Source of the DNA: Methanobacteriota archaeon | GTDB lineage: Archaea > Thermoplasmatota > Poseidoniia > Poseidoniales > Poseidoniaceae | Reading direction: 5' to 3' | DNA: 64,000 bases | Assembly (NCBI GenBank): GCA_002722135.1 | Contig: PBKJ01000027.1 | Span: 6,968-70,967 of the forward strand | Part shown: piece by piece, positions 1-11,200 of the stretch | Layout: every line of letters begins with the position of its first letter | Position numbering within the stretch: position 1 is the stretch's first letter | Translations under genes and position numbers: made by a program | Notes under the pieces: model-generated | The model's database searches: none | What the model saw: the letters and a program-made list of their open reading frames with translations, nothing else | Told to the model about the DNA's origin: nothing

Positions 1-2
1 CC

Positions 3-839
3 TTCGAACAAGCGAGCATCGACGAAGCCTACCTCGACGTGACCGAAGTCACAGGGGCCGATTGGGACAAGGCCTTGGCTTTGTGCGAGGGCCTGCAACG
101 TGAGATTGTTGACGCGACGGGCCTGACGGCCTCCTTCGGGCTTGGCCCGACGCGCCTGCTGGCCAAAATGAGCAGCGAGGAGCGGAAACCACAGGGCCTC
201 TTTCGCCTCATGCCAGGTGACGCATCTGCGTTCTTCGAAGGACGATCGTTGCGGGAAATCCCCGGTATCGGTCCCGCGACAGCCACCACCATGCAAGAAT
301 GGGGCGTTCAGACGGTGGACGAAGCCTATGGCCTCGGGGAGTTGGCTTTGGCCCGCATGGTCGGGCCACGGTTCGCTGCTTGGTTGATGGCGGTGGTCGA
401 AGAGCGCACCAGCGATGATGTGAGCGTCTTGCGCTCTCGAAAGTCCATCGGAAAAGAGACCACGTTCGAGCGCGATCAGCACGACGAAGAGCAGGTCCTT
501 GAGCACCTGCTTACCTTGGTCGAGCGGGTCATGGGACGCGCCTCCGAATTGGGTGTCGTTGGGCGCTTGGGCGAGGTCAAATTGCGCTACAAGGGCTTTG
601 ACACGCGCACGCATCGACGCTCGATACCTGTGGCCATGGACGACCCTTCGGTGTTCAGGAGCCTCGCTACGCGGTTGTTTGCCACGAGCCTCGAGCGCGA
701 ACGACCCGTCCGTTTGGTCGGCTTCCGCCTCGGGGATTTGGAGGACCCTCCAACGCGCCAGGTGACCCTTGAGCGGTTCAAGGCGTCCTCAAGCGAGTCG
801 GTGCATGGACGTGAGGACGGGTCGGAAGGCCTCGAGTGA
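3..839 (+). CDS. dinB: DNA polymerase IV (Y family), 5'-partial
   Basis: Frame is open from the window edge: FEQASIDEAYLD catalytic motif, LLAKMSS..KPQG, IPGIG HhH, RKSIGKETTF, VRLVG little finger. Confidence 0.93.
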   Translation, partial: FEQASIDEAYLDVTEVTGADWDKALALCEGLQREIVDATGLTASFGLGPTRLLAKMSSEERKPQGLFRLMPGDASAFFEGRSLREIPGIGPATATTMQEWGVQTVDEAYGLGELALARMVGPRFAAWLMAVVEERTSDDVSVLRSRKSIGKETTFERDQHDEEQVLEHLLTLVERVMGRASELGVVGRLGEVKLRYKGFDTRTHRRSIPVAMDDPSVFRSLATRLFATSLERERPVRLVGFRLGDLEDPPTRQVTLERFKASSSESVHGREDGSEGLE

Positions 840-3281
840 ACCGGGAAGGTCCATGCCCTCGAGGGGTTGGTTCAACGCGATGCCTTGCTCCCGCTTCGTC
901 GACCACACCAGGCTGTTGAACGTGGTCAAATCACCGGTCAACTGACGCAGCGCATCGCCTTCCTCCTGCCCTTCGCCGAGTCCATCGTCGACGTGAGCGG
1001 GGTAGGCCCTCGCGTCAACGCACGAGGCGCCGTACACGGTGGTGGTGATGTGGTGGGTGAAGAAGGGGCAGACCGGCGTGAACGCGGTCAGCGTGTCTCG
1101 AACGACGCGGTGGAGCACCCAAGCCGCCGTGGTGTCCTCGTCGTAGAGTCGCGTTTTGACCATCTCGAGCCAGTGGCTTGGGAGCACGCCCGTCAGGAAA
1201 TTCTTCAGCGCTTGCGTGGCGGTGTAGATGTCCAAGGTCGCCCACGCCTCACGCGCCGTGGCCATCACCTTGTGGTGCTCAGCAAGGATCCATCGGTCTT
1301 CGGGCTCAAGATGTGAAGGAGCAACCTCGAGGTCCTCAGGCACGTCGAACTGTGAGGCGAAGCGTGCGACGTTGTAGACCTTGGTCAGCACGCCGAAGTA
1401 CTTCTGCTCGATGTCCTCAGGATTGATTTGAAAATCATCGCCGACTTGGGCGTCGCAGGCCTTCCACAAGCGGAAACATTCGCTTCCAATCTTGTTGGCC
1501 TTGAGGGCCACGGAGCCGTCGGGTCCCTTGATGCGCCAGCTGCCCGTTCGGCCACCGGCTCCACACTCGATGACGGAATCCGCATCGATGCCGTTGCCAA
1601 GCGATTTCGACATTTTCCTTCCCCAAGGATCCATGCCCAAACCGTCAATCCAGACGTGTTTGAACGCGGGTCGGTCAAGGAGAAGCGCGCTCTTGAGCAT
1701 GGTGTAGTACAACCACGTGCGCACAATCTCCTTCCCTTGCGGTCGCAGTGCGGTCGGGAAACACCGCTCGAAACGGTCGTCGTCCTCGAGCAGGCCGCTG
1801 ACGAAGAGGTTGGAATTCGAGGAATCCATCCACGTGTCGAACACCTTCTCCTCACCAACGACGTCACTGAGTTCAGAAGCGAGGTCGTCCCAGGTGCCGA
1901 GGAAGGTTCGGTCGTTTCGGTCGAGGACACGGCTTCCAGAAGGTGGGTCCTCGCGCCAGGGTTGCACGTAGGTTCCCTTCGGTGGGACGATGACCTTCGT
2001 CCCCGAATCCGCATACCAGACAGGAATTTCGGTGTGGTACCACCGGCGTCGGGAAATGGGCCAGTCGATGGAGATGTTGTCCATCCAATCCAGCAGGAAT
2101 TGACGGTTACGGGGCGGATGGAACTCCACCTCTTCGACGAGCTCCTTCAAGCGGTCTTGCATGTGCGTTTGCCGGACGTACCATTCCTTCAGCAGGATGA
2201 TTTCAACAGGGTTCTTGCCGCGCTCAGAAACGGGAACTTCCTGGTCTTTCTCGACCACGTTGGCGATGTTCCCGGTCGATTCCAAGTGCTCGATGGCGGC
2301 CGCACGGGCCTCGAGCACCGTCATGCCGGCGAGCGGCCCAGCGAGGGCGGTCATGCGACCTTCAAGGTCGATGGCTTGGAAGGGGTCCAGTCCCAACTCC
2401 CGGAAGACAGCGACGTCGTTTTGGTCGCCAAAAGAGCAGACCATCAGGACACCTGAACCGAACTCCATCTTCACCGAGGGGTGCGTGCGCACTTCGACCA
2501 CGGCCTCACGACCGTCTGTCGGCATGGGCAGGGCGAGGGTTTGACCGACGAGGTTGCGGTACCGGTCATCGTCAGGGTGAACCACGACCACACCGCACGC
2601 ACAGATCATCTCTGGTCGGGTGGTCGAGATGACCACTTCTTCCCCGTCTTTTGTGTGCCAGCGGACGTCCACTAACTTGGTTTTGCGCGTGACCCGCTCA
2701 ACTTCGGCATCGGCGATGGTCGTGCCTTCAACCGGGTCGTAGATGTTCGGGCGAAGGTCCTCGATCACGGCACCTTGTTCGAACAAATCGATGAAAATGG
2801 CCTGCGTGACGCTGCGGTAATCTGGGGCATCGGTGAGGTACTCTCGGTCAAAATCACAGGACAAGCCAACGCGCTTCGCTGTGGTTCGCATGGCTTGCGT
2901 GAAGGTTTCAATGGTCGAGGCGCACAAGTCCAGGAACTCGCCGCGGTCGTACGTTCGCATCTTGCGTTTCGTGTTCTTTTCCACGGTGAATTCGATGTTA
3001 ATCCCGTTGCGGTCGACGCCCCACGGGAAGTAGACTTCCTTGCCAAGCAGGCGTTGGCTCCTCGCGATGACGTCAATCATGGAGTATTGCGCGACAGCAC
3101 CGATGTGCCACGTGCCTGAGGGGTAGGGCGGCGGGGTGTCGATGACGAAAGGCTCGCGTTCGCTTTGGGGGTTGAAGGCATACCTCGCATTGTAGGCATC
3201 TGGGTCGCTGTAATGCTCTTCTTGGATGCGCTTTTCCAAGTCGATGCTCCACCGCTTCTCGTTGAGTCGTGGGGTGGGCAT
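789..3281 (-). CDS. valS: Valine--tRNA ligase (archaeal type)
   Basis: IDTPPPYPSG, HIGA (HIGH), DWPISRRR, VFDTWMDSS, LRPQGKEIVRTW, KMSKS. Start placed at MPTPRL; exact start uncertain. Confidence 0.93.
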   Translation of the reverse strand: MPTPRLNEKRWSIDLEKRIQEEHYSDPDAYNARYAFNPQSEREPFVIDTPPPYPSGTWHIGAVAQYSMIDVIARSQRLLGKEVYFPWGVDRNGINIEFTVEKNTKRKMRTYDRGEFLDLCASTIETFTQAMRTTAKRVGLSCDFDREYLTDAPDYRSVTQAIFIDLFEQGAVIEDLRPNIYDPVEGTTIADAEVERVTRKTKLVDVRWHTKDGEEVVISTTRPEMICACGVVVVHPDDDRYRNLVGQTLALPMPTDGREAVVEVRTHPSVKMEFGSGVLMVCSFGDQNDVAVFRELGLDPFQAIDLEGRMTALAGPLAGMTVLEARAAAIEHLESTGNIANVVEKDQEVPVSERGKNPVEIILLKEWYVRQTHMQDRLKELVEEVEFHPPRNRQFLLDWMDNISIDWPISRRRWYHTEIPVWYADSGTKVIVPPKGTYVQPWREDPPSGSRVLDRNDRTFLGTWDDLASELSDVVGEEKVFDTWMDSSNSNLFVSGLLEDDDRFERCFPTALRPQGKEIVRTWLYYTMLKSALLLDRPAFKHVWIDGLGMDPWGRKMSKSLGNGIDADSVIECGAGGRTGSWRIKGPDGSVALKANKIGSECFRLWKACDAQVGDDFQINPEDIEQKYFGVLTKVYNVARFASQFDVPEDLEVAPSHLEPEDRWILAEHHKVMATAREAWATLDIYTATQALKNFLTGVLPSHWLEMVKTRLYDEDTTAAWVLHRVVRDTLTAFTPVCPFFTHHITTTVYGASCVDARAYPAHVDDGLGEGQEEGDALRQLTGDLTTFNSLVWSTKREQGIALNQPLEGMDLPGSLEAFRPVLTSMHRLA

Positions 3282-3416
3282 CGCGGTCACCTTGCCCAGA
3301 GGGCGGTGTGGCCTCGGGTCGCATCTCTTCAAGCCATCCCATCCCATCGGTGTTTGCCGTGAACGGACACGCACCGGCAACAGACTTTCAAACGGCGTGC
3401 GCGGACCAACAACCGG

Positions 3417-6400
3417 ATGGGCAAGGACGAAGGGTTGACCGGCGGCGAAGCCGCCTCGGAAGGTCGGCTTTCCGCCTTGCGTCGTGCAGGCCGCGCTTCG
3501 ATGTCCCGACGGGCTTCAGAAGTCAGCGGTGCGGTCAAGAATTTCGATGCGAAGTCCGCGGTTGACGCCATGTTGGAGGCCCCCTCGAGCCTTCGTCGCG
3601 AATGGCAACGCACCGGCGCGATTGGGGCCATCACTCGATTCCCGCTGCTGACCGTCCTCGCTTTCTTCGCCATGACCCTGTTCTTCGTTTCGCATTCGGG
3701 TTTCCTTGACAACACCGGGCTGGATCGAGATCCAGACAACCCCGCGCTCAACGTCAACGGGGACATGGAGGTGTACTTGCCAGACGGGTCCGACGTCAGT
3801 GCGCTCATCGCGAAAGTTGAGGAAGACTGGACCACCGACGTGATGGTCATCTACATCGAGTCGAACAAAAACAACATCACCGATCAACGGATCCTCCAGG
3901 AGATCAGTTACGTCGAAGAGACCCTGAATCCCTACATTTCAGACGACGAACTCGACGACGTGATCTACATCCTGTCCCTCTCGACGGTCATCAAAGAGGT
4001 CAATTCCAGTGCGCCTCGTGTCCGCACGGCCCTCATCGAGGAACTTGGCGAGTCTGCATGCCCGCCAGACACGGACGATTGCGCCAGCAGAACCGCCGCG
4101 CAGGCCTTGAACGAAATCCTTGCATCAACCGACGTCGGTGCACGCGCCATTCCGACGCAGGGCACCATCGATCTCATCGTGCGTGAAATGTACGAAGACG
4201 ATGGATCACCGACGCCTGGCTTGGACAAACTCGCACGTAACACCAACCCGTGCACCCTTGCAGGCGGGCAGTGCGACAACGACGAGGATTCGCTCCTCGA
4301 CCGTGCCGTGATGGCCATCGCGGTCACCGAGAACAAACCTGCAAAGCAAATCATTGAGGAAACCCAAGGTCAGTTGGACGAGATTTCGACGAAAAATCGC
4401 CCTTGCCTGTACGACGAAAACGGGGATCCGAACGCAGAAGCAGGACTGTGCACATGGGATGATTTGGGGCTGAACATGACCCTGACCGGGCCCGTTCCCA
4501 TCACCAACGCGGTCACTGAGTTTTCCTTCCAGCTCTTTTGGGACATCTTCCCGATGGCCGTCGTCCTTGTCGCCCTTGGCTTGTTTGTCTTCCACTGCGA
4601 TTTGCTTCAGACTGGACTGACCGGCATCCGCCCCTTGCAGGGCATCAAGGTGGTCAGCATTGCAGGTCTACCGACCTTGTGTGCCGTCTTTTGGACGATG
4701 GGCATCTTAGGTTGGACGAATTTTGAGGTGACCATGACCGTCATTATTGTCGGGCCGATTTTGCTCGCGCTTGGTGTTTCGTACGGTCTTCACATCACCA
4801 ACCGTTACGCGGAGGAGACAGGGACGAAGCAAGAGAAGATTCGTGCGGCCATGTCCTCTACCGGTCGGGCCGTCTTCCTGTCTGCCGTGACCACCGTGAT
4901 CGGCTTCGTGTCGCTTGTTTTTACACCGATGGCGCCCATCCAAACCGTTGGCATCGCGCTGTCGGGTGGCATCGTTGTCGTGTATATCCTGACCATGTTC
5001 ATGGTGCCGAACCTCACGCTTCTGCTCGATCTTGAGAAGCCCAAGCACCCACCGCTCTCCGCCTTCAACGTCGTCGTCGAAGTTCCAATCCGCCGCTCCA
5101 GTTGGGTGTTGGTGGTGTTCTTTGTGTTCATTCTCGTTTCAGCGACGGTGGGCCAAGCCAACGTCGAGGAGAACATTGACTTGCTTGGTATGGCGCCGGA
5201 GGACGAGCTTTCGGTCATCAAGATGAAACAATACAGCGACGAATTCAATGCCGGCCAAGTCGGCATGGTTTTGGTGCACGCAAACGTGACCGGGAACATC
5301 AATGACGAAGATTCGAGCAACGATGACCCGGCAGCCATCCTCGAACAAATCGAGGTGCTCGAGACCAAGATCAACGAGGTTGACAACGCCTCGGCCGTGT
5401 CGATTGTTTTCTTGATGAAAGCCACGGGAGTAGCGGTGTCCATCACGGGAGCCCCCATCGCGGAATTCATTGACGAGACTCCCGGCATCCCAGATGAAGT
5501 CAAGGAAACCGCGACCGCCTTGTTGAATCAAGAAATCATCGCGGACGCATCGTTTTGGGACGTCTTGACCAATCCGTCGCAATACAACATGCCCGGTGAT
5601 CGCCAATCACAGATTTTCCTGCTGAACGTCTTCTATGCTTCCATCACCGAGGAGACCTTGCAGGTGTTCATCAACGAGAATTACGACCGGACGCTCATCC
5701 TTGTGGACATGCCCTTCATTCCAGTGGCGGACACCTCCGTCAGCGTCGATGAAATCAACATCCAAGCGGCCGCCTTTGCCGGTCCAAAGGGCGAGTATGC
5801 AGAAGACATCACCGGCGTGGCCGCAACGGCCATTGAAGTGAACCAGTTGATCGTCGGATCCCAATGGCAGTCGCTCGGTTTCGCTGTGGTGTTGACCATC
5901 ATCACGCTCGCGATTGTGTTCCGCGACGTCCGCTACTCTCTGTTGACCACCTCTCCAGTGATCGCCACGGTCGCTCTGCAGTGGTTGGTGATGTGGCAAC
6001 TCGACGTTCCGCTGTCGTTGGTGACCGTGATGATTGGGTCCATTCTCGTGGGCGTCGGTGTGGACTTTTCGATCCACATCGCGAACCGCATTCGTGAACT
6101 CGGCGGTGGGATTGAAGCGATCCGCACCGCTGCGGTCGGGACCGGTATGTCGCTCGCTGAAGCGGCCACCGTCACGAGTTTAGGCATGATGACGGCCTAC
6201 CAAATTCCGATTCCAGAAATCAAACCCTTCCTCACCGTGATTTTGATCTTGCTGTGGGTGGCTGCTGCAGGGGCCCTGGTGTTGCTGCCTGCCATCTTCG
6301 TGGCCTTGGAGAAGGCCGGTGTGACGACGGTGGGTGGCCACTCCGGTCTGGCGAACAAACTTGGCCTCGGTCGCAAGGCCGCTCCAGTCGAGGACGTGGT

Positions 6401-6443
6401 CTACGATGCCGTCATCGTGGAGCGCACCGGCGACGCGTGGTGA
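3417..6443 (+). CDS. RND/MMPL family transporter
   Basis: Two repeats of TM, large ectodomain and 5 TM; motifs LTGPVP, GRAVFLSAVTTVIGF, GVGVDFSIH. Confidence 0.88.
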   Translation: MGKDEGLTGGEAASEGRLSALRRAGRASMSRRASEVSGAVKNFDAKSAVDAMLEAPSSLRREWQRTGAIGAITRFPLLTVLAFFAMTLFFVSHSGFLDNTGLDRDPDNPALNVNGDMEVYLPDGSDVSALIAKVEEDWTTDVMVIYIESNKNNITDQRILQEISYVEETLNPYISDDELDDVIYILSLSTVIKEVNSSAPRVRTALIEELGESACPPDTDDCASRTAAQALNEILASTDVGARAIPTQGTIDLIVREMYEDDGSPTPGLDKLARNTNPCTLAGGQCDNDEDSLLDRAVMAIAVTENKPAKQIIEETQGQLDEISTKNRPCLYDENGDPNAEAGLCTWDDLGLNMTLTGPVPITNAVTEFSFQLFWDIFPMAVVLVALGLFVFHCDLLQTGLTGIRPLQGIKVVSIAGLPTLCAVFWTMGILGWTNFEVTMTVIIVGPILLALGVSYGLHITNRYAEETGTKQEKIRAAMSSTGRAVFLSAVTTVIGFVSLVFTPMAPIQTVGIALSGGIVVVYILTMFMVPNLTLLLDLEKPKHPPLSAFNVVVEVPIRRSSWVLVVFFVFILVSATVGQANVEENIDLLGMAPEDELSVIKMKQYSDEFNAGQVGMVLVHANVTGNINDEDSSNDDPAAILEQIEVLETKINEVDNASAVSIVFLMKATGVAVSITGAPIAEFIDETPGIPDEVKETATALLNQEIIADASFWDVLTNPSQYNMPGDRQSQIFLLNVFYASITEETLQVFINENYDRTLILVDMPFIPVADTSVSVDEINIQAAAFAGPKGEYAEDITGVAATAIEVNQLIVGSQWQSLGFAVVLTIITLAIVFRDVRYSLLTTSPVIATVALQWLVMWQLDVPLSLVTVMIGSILVGVGVDFSIHIANRIRELGGGIEAIRTAAVGTGMSLAEAATVTSLGMMTAYQIPIPEIKPFLTVILILLWVAAAGALVLLPAIFVALEKAGVTTVGGHSGLANKLGLGRKAAPVEDVVYDAVIVERTGDAW

Positions 6444-6481
6444 AGCGAGGATTCAATGACCGTGGGGGCTCCCCGCCAACC

Positions 6482-6967
6482 ATGAGATCCCTCTGGCTCA
6501 TGAAGTCCGAGCCCCACGTCTATTCCTACGAGGACCTCGTGGCTGACGGCAGGACGCACTGGGACGGGGTGCGGAATTACCAGGCAAGGAACATGATGCG
6601 CGACCAGATGAAGGTCGGCGATCTCGTGCTCTATTACCACTCCAACACCAAGCCTCCGCACGTCGCAGGGCTTGCGCGGGTGGTTCGTGAGGGCTATCCA
6701 GACCACACCGCATTGGATCCGAATTCCAAGTACTTCGACGCGAAAGCCACCGCTGAAAACCCACGTTGGAGCATGGTGGACCTCGCACCCGTGGCGGCTT
6801 GTCCGGAGGTTGTGTCTCTGGAGGCCATCAAGTCTGACCCGGCCTTCGAGGGGATGCTTCTGATCCGCCGCGGTCAACGTTTGTCGATCCAACCCGTGGA
6901 AGAACACCACTTCCGGCGTGTGCTCTCGCTGGCTGGATTTGACGTGGATGCCATGATGGAGGCATGA
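6482..6967 (+). CDS. EVE domain (Thy28-like) protein
   Basis: WLMKSEP..YS, WDGVRNYQARN, GD.VLYYHS, YFDAK, RLSIQPV. Confidence 0.93.
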   Translation: MRSLWLMKSEPHVYSYEDLVADGRTHWDGVRNYQARNMMRDQMKVGDLVLYYHSNTKPPHVAGLARVVREGYPDHTALDPNSKYFDAKATAENPRWSMVDLAPVAACPEVVSLEAIKSDPAFEGMLLIRRGQRLSIQPVEEHHFRRVLSLAGFDVDAMMEA

Positions 6968-8208
6968 ACATGGCGCACGATGAGGTTCGTGCTGCGGCCA
7001 GGGCCTTGTCCATCGAGTACGCCATTCGTGACGTCGTGGTTCCGGCCACGGCCCTCGAAGCCGAAGGCCATGAGATCATCAAACTGAACATCGGCGACCC
7101 CATCGCCTACCCCGGCCTTCCGACCCCTCAACACATGGTTGACGCCTATGTTGAGGCCGTTCAGCGCGGGAACAACGGATACTCGCCGTCGTACGGCCTT
7201 CCCGCGCTGCGCGAAGCGGTGGCCGAAGAGGAACGGAGCAAAGGTTGGCCCGCAAGGCCTGACGACATTTACGTCTGCCACGGCGTGACGGAAGCGCTGC
7301 AGTTGCTCTTTGCAGCGGTGCTCGAAGAGGGCGATGTCGTGCTGGCGCCCGGTCCGCATTATCCTCCATACATGGCGTATCCCCAGATGTACGGTGCGAC
7401 GACAATCGAATACCGTCTGGATTCCAATGACGGTTGGAAGGTTGATCTTGCAGATCTCGAGGCAAAGATGAGCGAGCACGTCCGATTTGTGGTGCTCATC
7501 AACCCGAACAACCCGACAGGAAATGTGGCCACGCCAGATGAGGTGGACGCCATGCTTCGTATCGTCAAGGCTTGGCCTCAGTGCATGATCATCGCCGACG
7601 AGATTTACGACGGATTGGACTTCACGGGCCATCATGTCTCTGTCGCGAGCCGTTCAAGCGACGTCCCGGTCGTGACCCTCAACGGCGTGTCAAAGGTCTT
7701 CTTTGCGCCAGGTTGGCGCATCGGTTGGTTCGGTCTTCACGACCCTTCCGGGACCATGGGTCAGGTTCGGGAGGCGCTTGAGCGCCTGCTTCGTTCACGG
7801 CTTTGCGCATCGACGCCAGCCCAACACGGCTATTTGGCGGGACTCACCGGAGACCGTGCCTGGTTGGGTCCTTACCTCGAGCGGGTCCAAGCACAACGGC
7901 AGAGGTGCTTGGATCGCATTGCCACCATCGACGGTCTTGAGGTTGAGGCGCCAGGTGGAGCGTTCTACATGTTCATTCGCTTGACCGATGATGCTTGGGC
8001 CAACAACGACAAGCAGTTCGTGTTGGATTTGCTCCACGAAGAACACGTCTTGTTGGTGCACGGAAGTGGATTCAGTCCTGACCGAGGCCAAGGCCATGTG
8101 CGGTTGGTGTACTTGGCCGACGTTGCAGTCTTGGACGAAGCTTTTGACCGCATCGAACGCTTCCTCATCCGGCATCGAAACGGGACCAAGTTGGAGATGG
8201 ATTCTTGA
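6964..8208 (+). CDS. PLP-dependent aminotransferase class I/II (AlaA-like)
   Basis: IEYAIRD, LNIGDP, INPNNPTG, ADEIYD, NGVSK..APGWRIG; ATGA overlap with the EVE gene. Confidence 0.9.
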   Translation: MNMAHDEVRAAARALSIEYAIRDVVVPATALEAEGHEIIKLNIGDPIAYPGLPTPQHMVDAYVEAVQRGNNGYSPSYGLPALREAVAEEERSKGWPARPDDIYVCHGVTEALQLLFAAVLEEGDVVLAPGPHYPPYMAYPQMYGATTIEYRLDSNDGWKVDLADLEAKMSEHVRFVVLINPNNPTGNVATPDEVDAMLRIVKAWPQCMIIADEIYDGLDFTGHHVSVASRSSDVPVVTLNGVSKVFFAPGWRIGWFGLHDPSGTMGQVREALERLLRSRLCASTPAQHGYLAGLTGDRAWLGPYLERVQAQRQRCLDRIATIDGLEVEAPGGAFYMFIRLTDDAWANNDKQFVLDLLHEEHVLLVHGSGFSPDRGQGHVRLVYLADVAVLDEAFDRIERFLIRHRNGTKLEMDS

Positions 8209-8231
8209 GCAGGTCCTGACCCCATGCGGCC

Positions 8232-11200
8232 ATGAACCGTGCTCTAGCAATCATGCTGGGCGTGGTTTGGCTCGTCCCTGCGGCAGCGGCCCAAGTGGTC
8301 ATTGTTCAGCCGAGTGAGCCAAGCGCGGAACTCGCCATTCCCTTCAGCATCGCCATTGTCGCGGCGCTGTTGCTGTGGCGTTGGTTCGTGCCGCGACAAC
8401 TTGCATCGCTCCAAGTGGCCTTTGAAATCGACGATGATTTGTACGAAGTTCACAGGATTTCAAAGACGGTGGGGGAAGCCCGTGAGCTCCTCAGTGAACG
8501 TTCCGTCAGTCGGGGAGCGATCCTCTACCTGATGGGCATGACCGGAATTTTGCTCCTCATTGCGGAGCTGATGTTCGATCCGAACACCTTCTATCTGCCG
8601 AATCTGTACATCATCGCGCTGCTCGTCGGCTTGCCCATCATCGTATCGCCTTGGGAGACCCTCAACGCACAACTCATCGGTGTTGGAACCTCCAAGGTGA
8701 AAGCGGGCTTTGCTTCGAGGTTGAGTCGGATTACCACCCTGCCTCTCCTGTTGGCGGCTTTGGTGGGCACGGTGTTTCTCGGCCTTCAACTCGAGGGCAC
8801 GCTCACGCCTGAGTGGATCGCCATTTCTCTGCTGGTCTTCATGGGTCCGACCATCATCGCCTACGGTCGAATCATGGGGGCGTCGTGGAACGTGTTGTTG
8901 CTCAACAAGTGGAGGTCCTTCCGAGGCCAAACCACGCCGATTGACCCTGAACAGCCACGCTTCGTGAATCGCTTGGTCGCGATCATCCTCGTCCTGTTTC
9001 TGTTCACCATGCCTTTGACGGCCTTGAACGGCATCGTCACGGTGATTTACGTCGTTTCCGTGGAGCCCACGAACACGGAGGCCATGCTCAACTACGGGGG
9101 CATCATTGGTTATTCCATCTACTCCAACATCGATCTCATCATGGAAATCGTCGGCCAGTTGGAGGTCCTGAAGAGCCTCCCGCAGGTTCTTTCCTTGTAC
9201 CTCTCGCTCAACGTCGCCATCGTGGGTTTGGCCTTCATTTTCGAACTCACGAGGAACCTGCTCCTCGGTGGACAGTCGTTTGGCGGGTCGTTCGGTGTGC
9301 AGTTGGCTCCACCGCGTGACATCCGGAGCGAGGTTGGCGTGCGTGGGAAACTCGTGGCGTTTTGCTTTGCTGGCTTCTCGGGCTACACCGTGCTTCTGTT
9401 GCTGCTTGTGTGCTACAAGGAATTTGGTGACGTGATGCCATACACCGATTGGCTGGCCGCGCAGGCCTTTGACGAAGAAATGCGTCTGCTGACCACGTGG
9501 ATGTTCATCGCGGTTGGTCAGGCCATTTTCATGCTCACGTGGCTCGCCTCCATCAGCCAGTTCGGTCGTCTCCGAGGCCTTCGTTTCGACATCGATCCAG
9601 ATCAACGAAGGGACGGTGCGGTCATGCTCACCGAAGGCAACAACCTTCGGATGATGATCGACAAGGCGGCTCAGAACGATGATTTGGACATGCTGCGCCG
9701 CCTGCAGTCTGCTGAATTCACGGACGATGAAGCCCTGATTCGTCACGAGAAGGCACGCGCGAAGATGTGGGAACTGGCCCTTCGAGGTCTTTGGCCTCAA
9801 GCCTCAGAAGAGGCGAAAAAGGTGCTTGCACAATCAGGTGGAGACGATGATGAGTCTCGCCTGCTCCTGGCCGCTTCCTACCTCGCCAGCCGTCGTTTGG
9901 ACGCAGCGCGTGAGGCACTGTACGGCCTTGAGCAACCGGAAGGATATGACGAACCTGAGTTGATTTCGTTCTTGTGCGAATGGCTGGACCCTTGGCACGG
10001 TCGCGTGGACGAGGATGACCTGTGGGATTGGGAGAACAACTCCACCATTGACCACCTCCAGGACATCATGAAGATGCTCGAATCGTGGGACCCAAATCCA
10101 GACACCATGAACCGGCATGACGACCGCTTGTCGCGCATCGGTCGCATCTCACGTGTGGCCCTGCTGCGAGCCCAGCGTCGCCACAAGGAGGCACTCGAAC
10201 TCGCCCTTGACTGCGTTCGAGCTGATCCAACAGGCGTACGTCCACGGGTTGCAGTTGCCCTTTGCCTCGTGGATCAAGGCCGCTGGCATGAGGCCAGAAC
10301 CGTGCTTGATGAGTTGAACGCAAGCGATCCAAGCGACCCGCGTGTGAAGAGCCTCATGGCGCTCATGGGACACCATCCCGACATGGACGAATTTGAAGTG
10401 GCGATGGCCATGGAGCCTCGGGCAAAAGGACGGAATTACCTCGACGAAGCCCCCATCAACCCCATGGCAGGGGCCCTCATCAGGGGAGGTTTGGATGAGG
10501 CCTTGACCGCCAACGCCCTCATCGTCGCCCACGAAGCGGTCAGGCGGGCGGTCGCCCCAGGTCACCGAACCTCGGCGCTCACGTACCTGATTCACCTTGG
10601 GCTTGTTCTCCCCCTCTGGGGCATGGGAGCCGCCTATCTGGCCACCTTGCGAGGAACCACCGTCGGTTTGGGTGCGGCCTTGGCGTTCGGAGGCTTGCAT
10701 GTGATGTACATCCGGCTGCTCCAACAGCAACGCCACGTGGTGAAGCAGCGGGACCAGCGCATGATGATTGAACTCGGTCGACGGTTGAAGCGAAAGAAGG
10801 CCGTTCCAACGGACACCAACACACCGATTGGGACCCATCTCATCTTGACGGGTCTTTTGCTGACCGTCAACGGTGTCGTGCTTGACATTGGTTTGCCGGC
10901 TTGGTTGACGGCCAGAAACGAAGAGGTCTCGGACCGTTCCCTCCAAGCCCGCCTCAAGCGAAGGGCAGCAAAGATGGAACGGGCAAAATCCCCTCGGACC
11001 AAGCCGCTTGGCCGTGGATGGTGGCTCAAGCGAGAGGATCCGACCGACGGCGGCCCTGCCCTTGACGCGCTGATTGGGCCATCCGCCTACAGGGGTCGCG
11101 CAGCGGCCGAGGGTCTGAAGCAGAAACTCGGCGGCAGCGTCAGCGGTGGGCCACCTCGTCGTCTCTCGGTTTCCGACTTGGACATGGCCGGTCGAGGTGC

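Noticed and set aside
8460..9800. 446-aa antisense ORF
   Set aside because: Shadow of the plus-strand membrane protein, expected in GC-rich coding DNA; no motifs.
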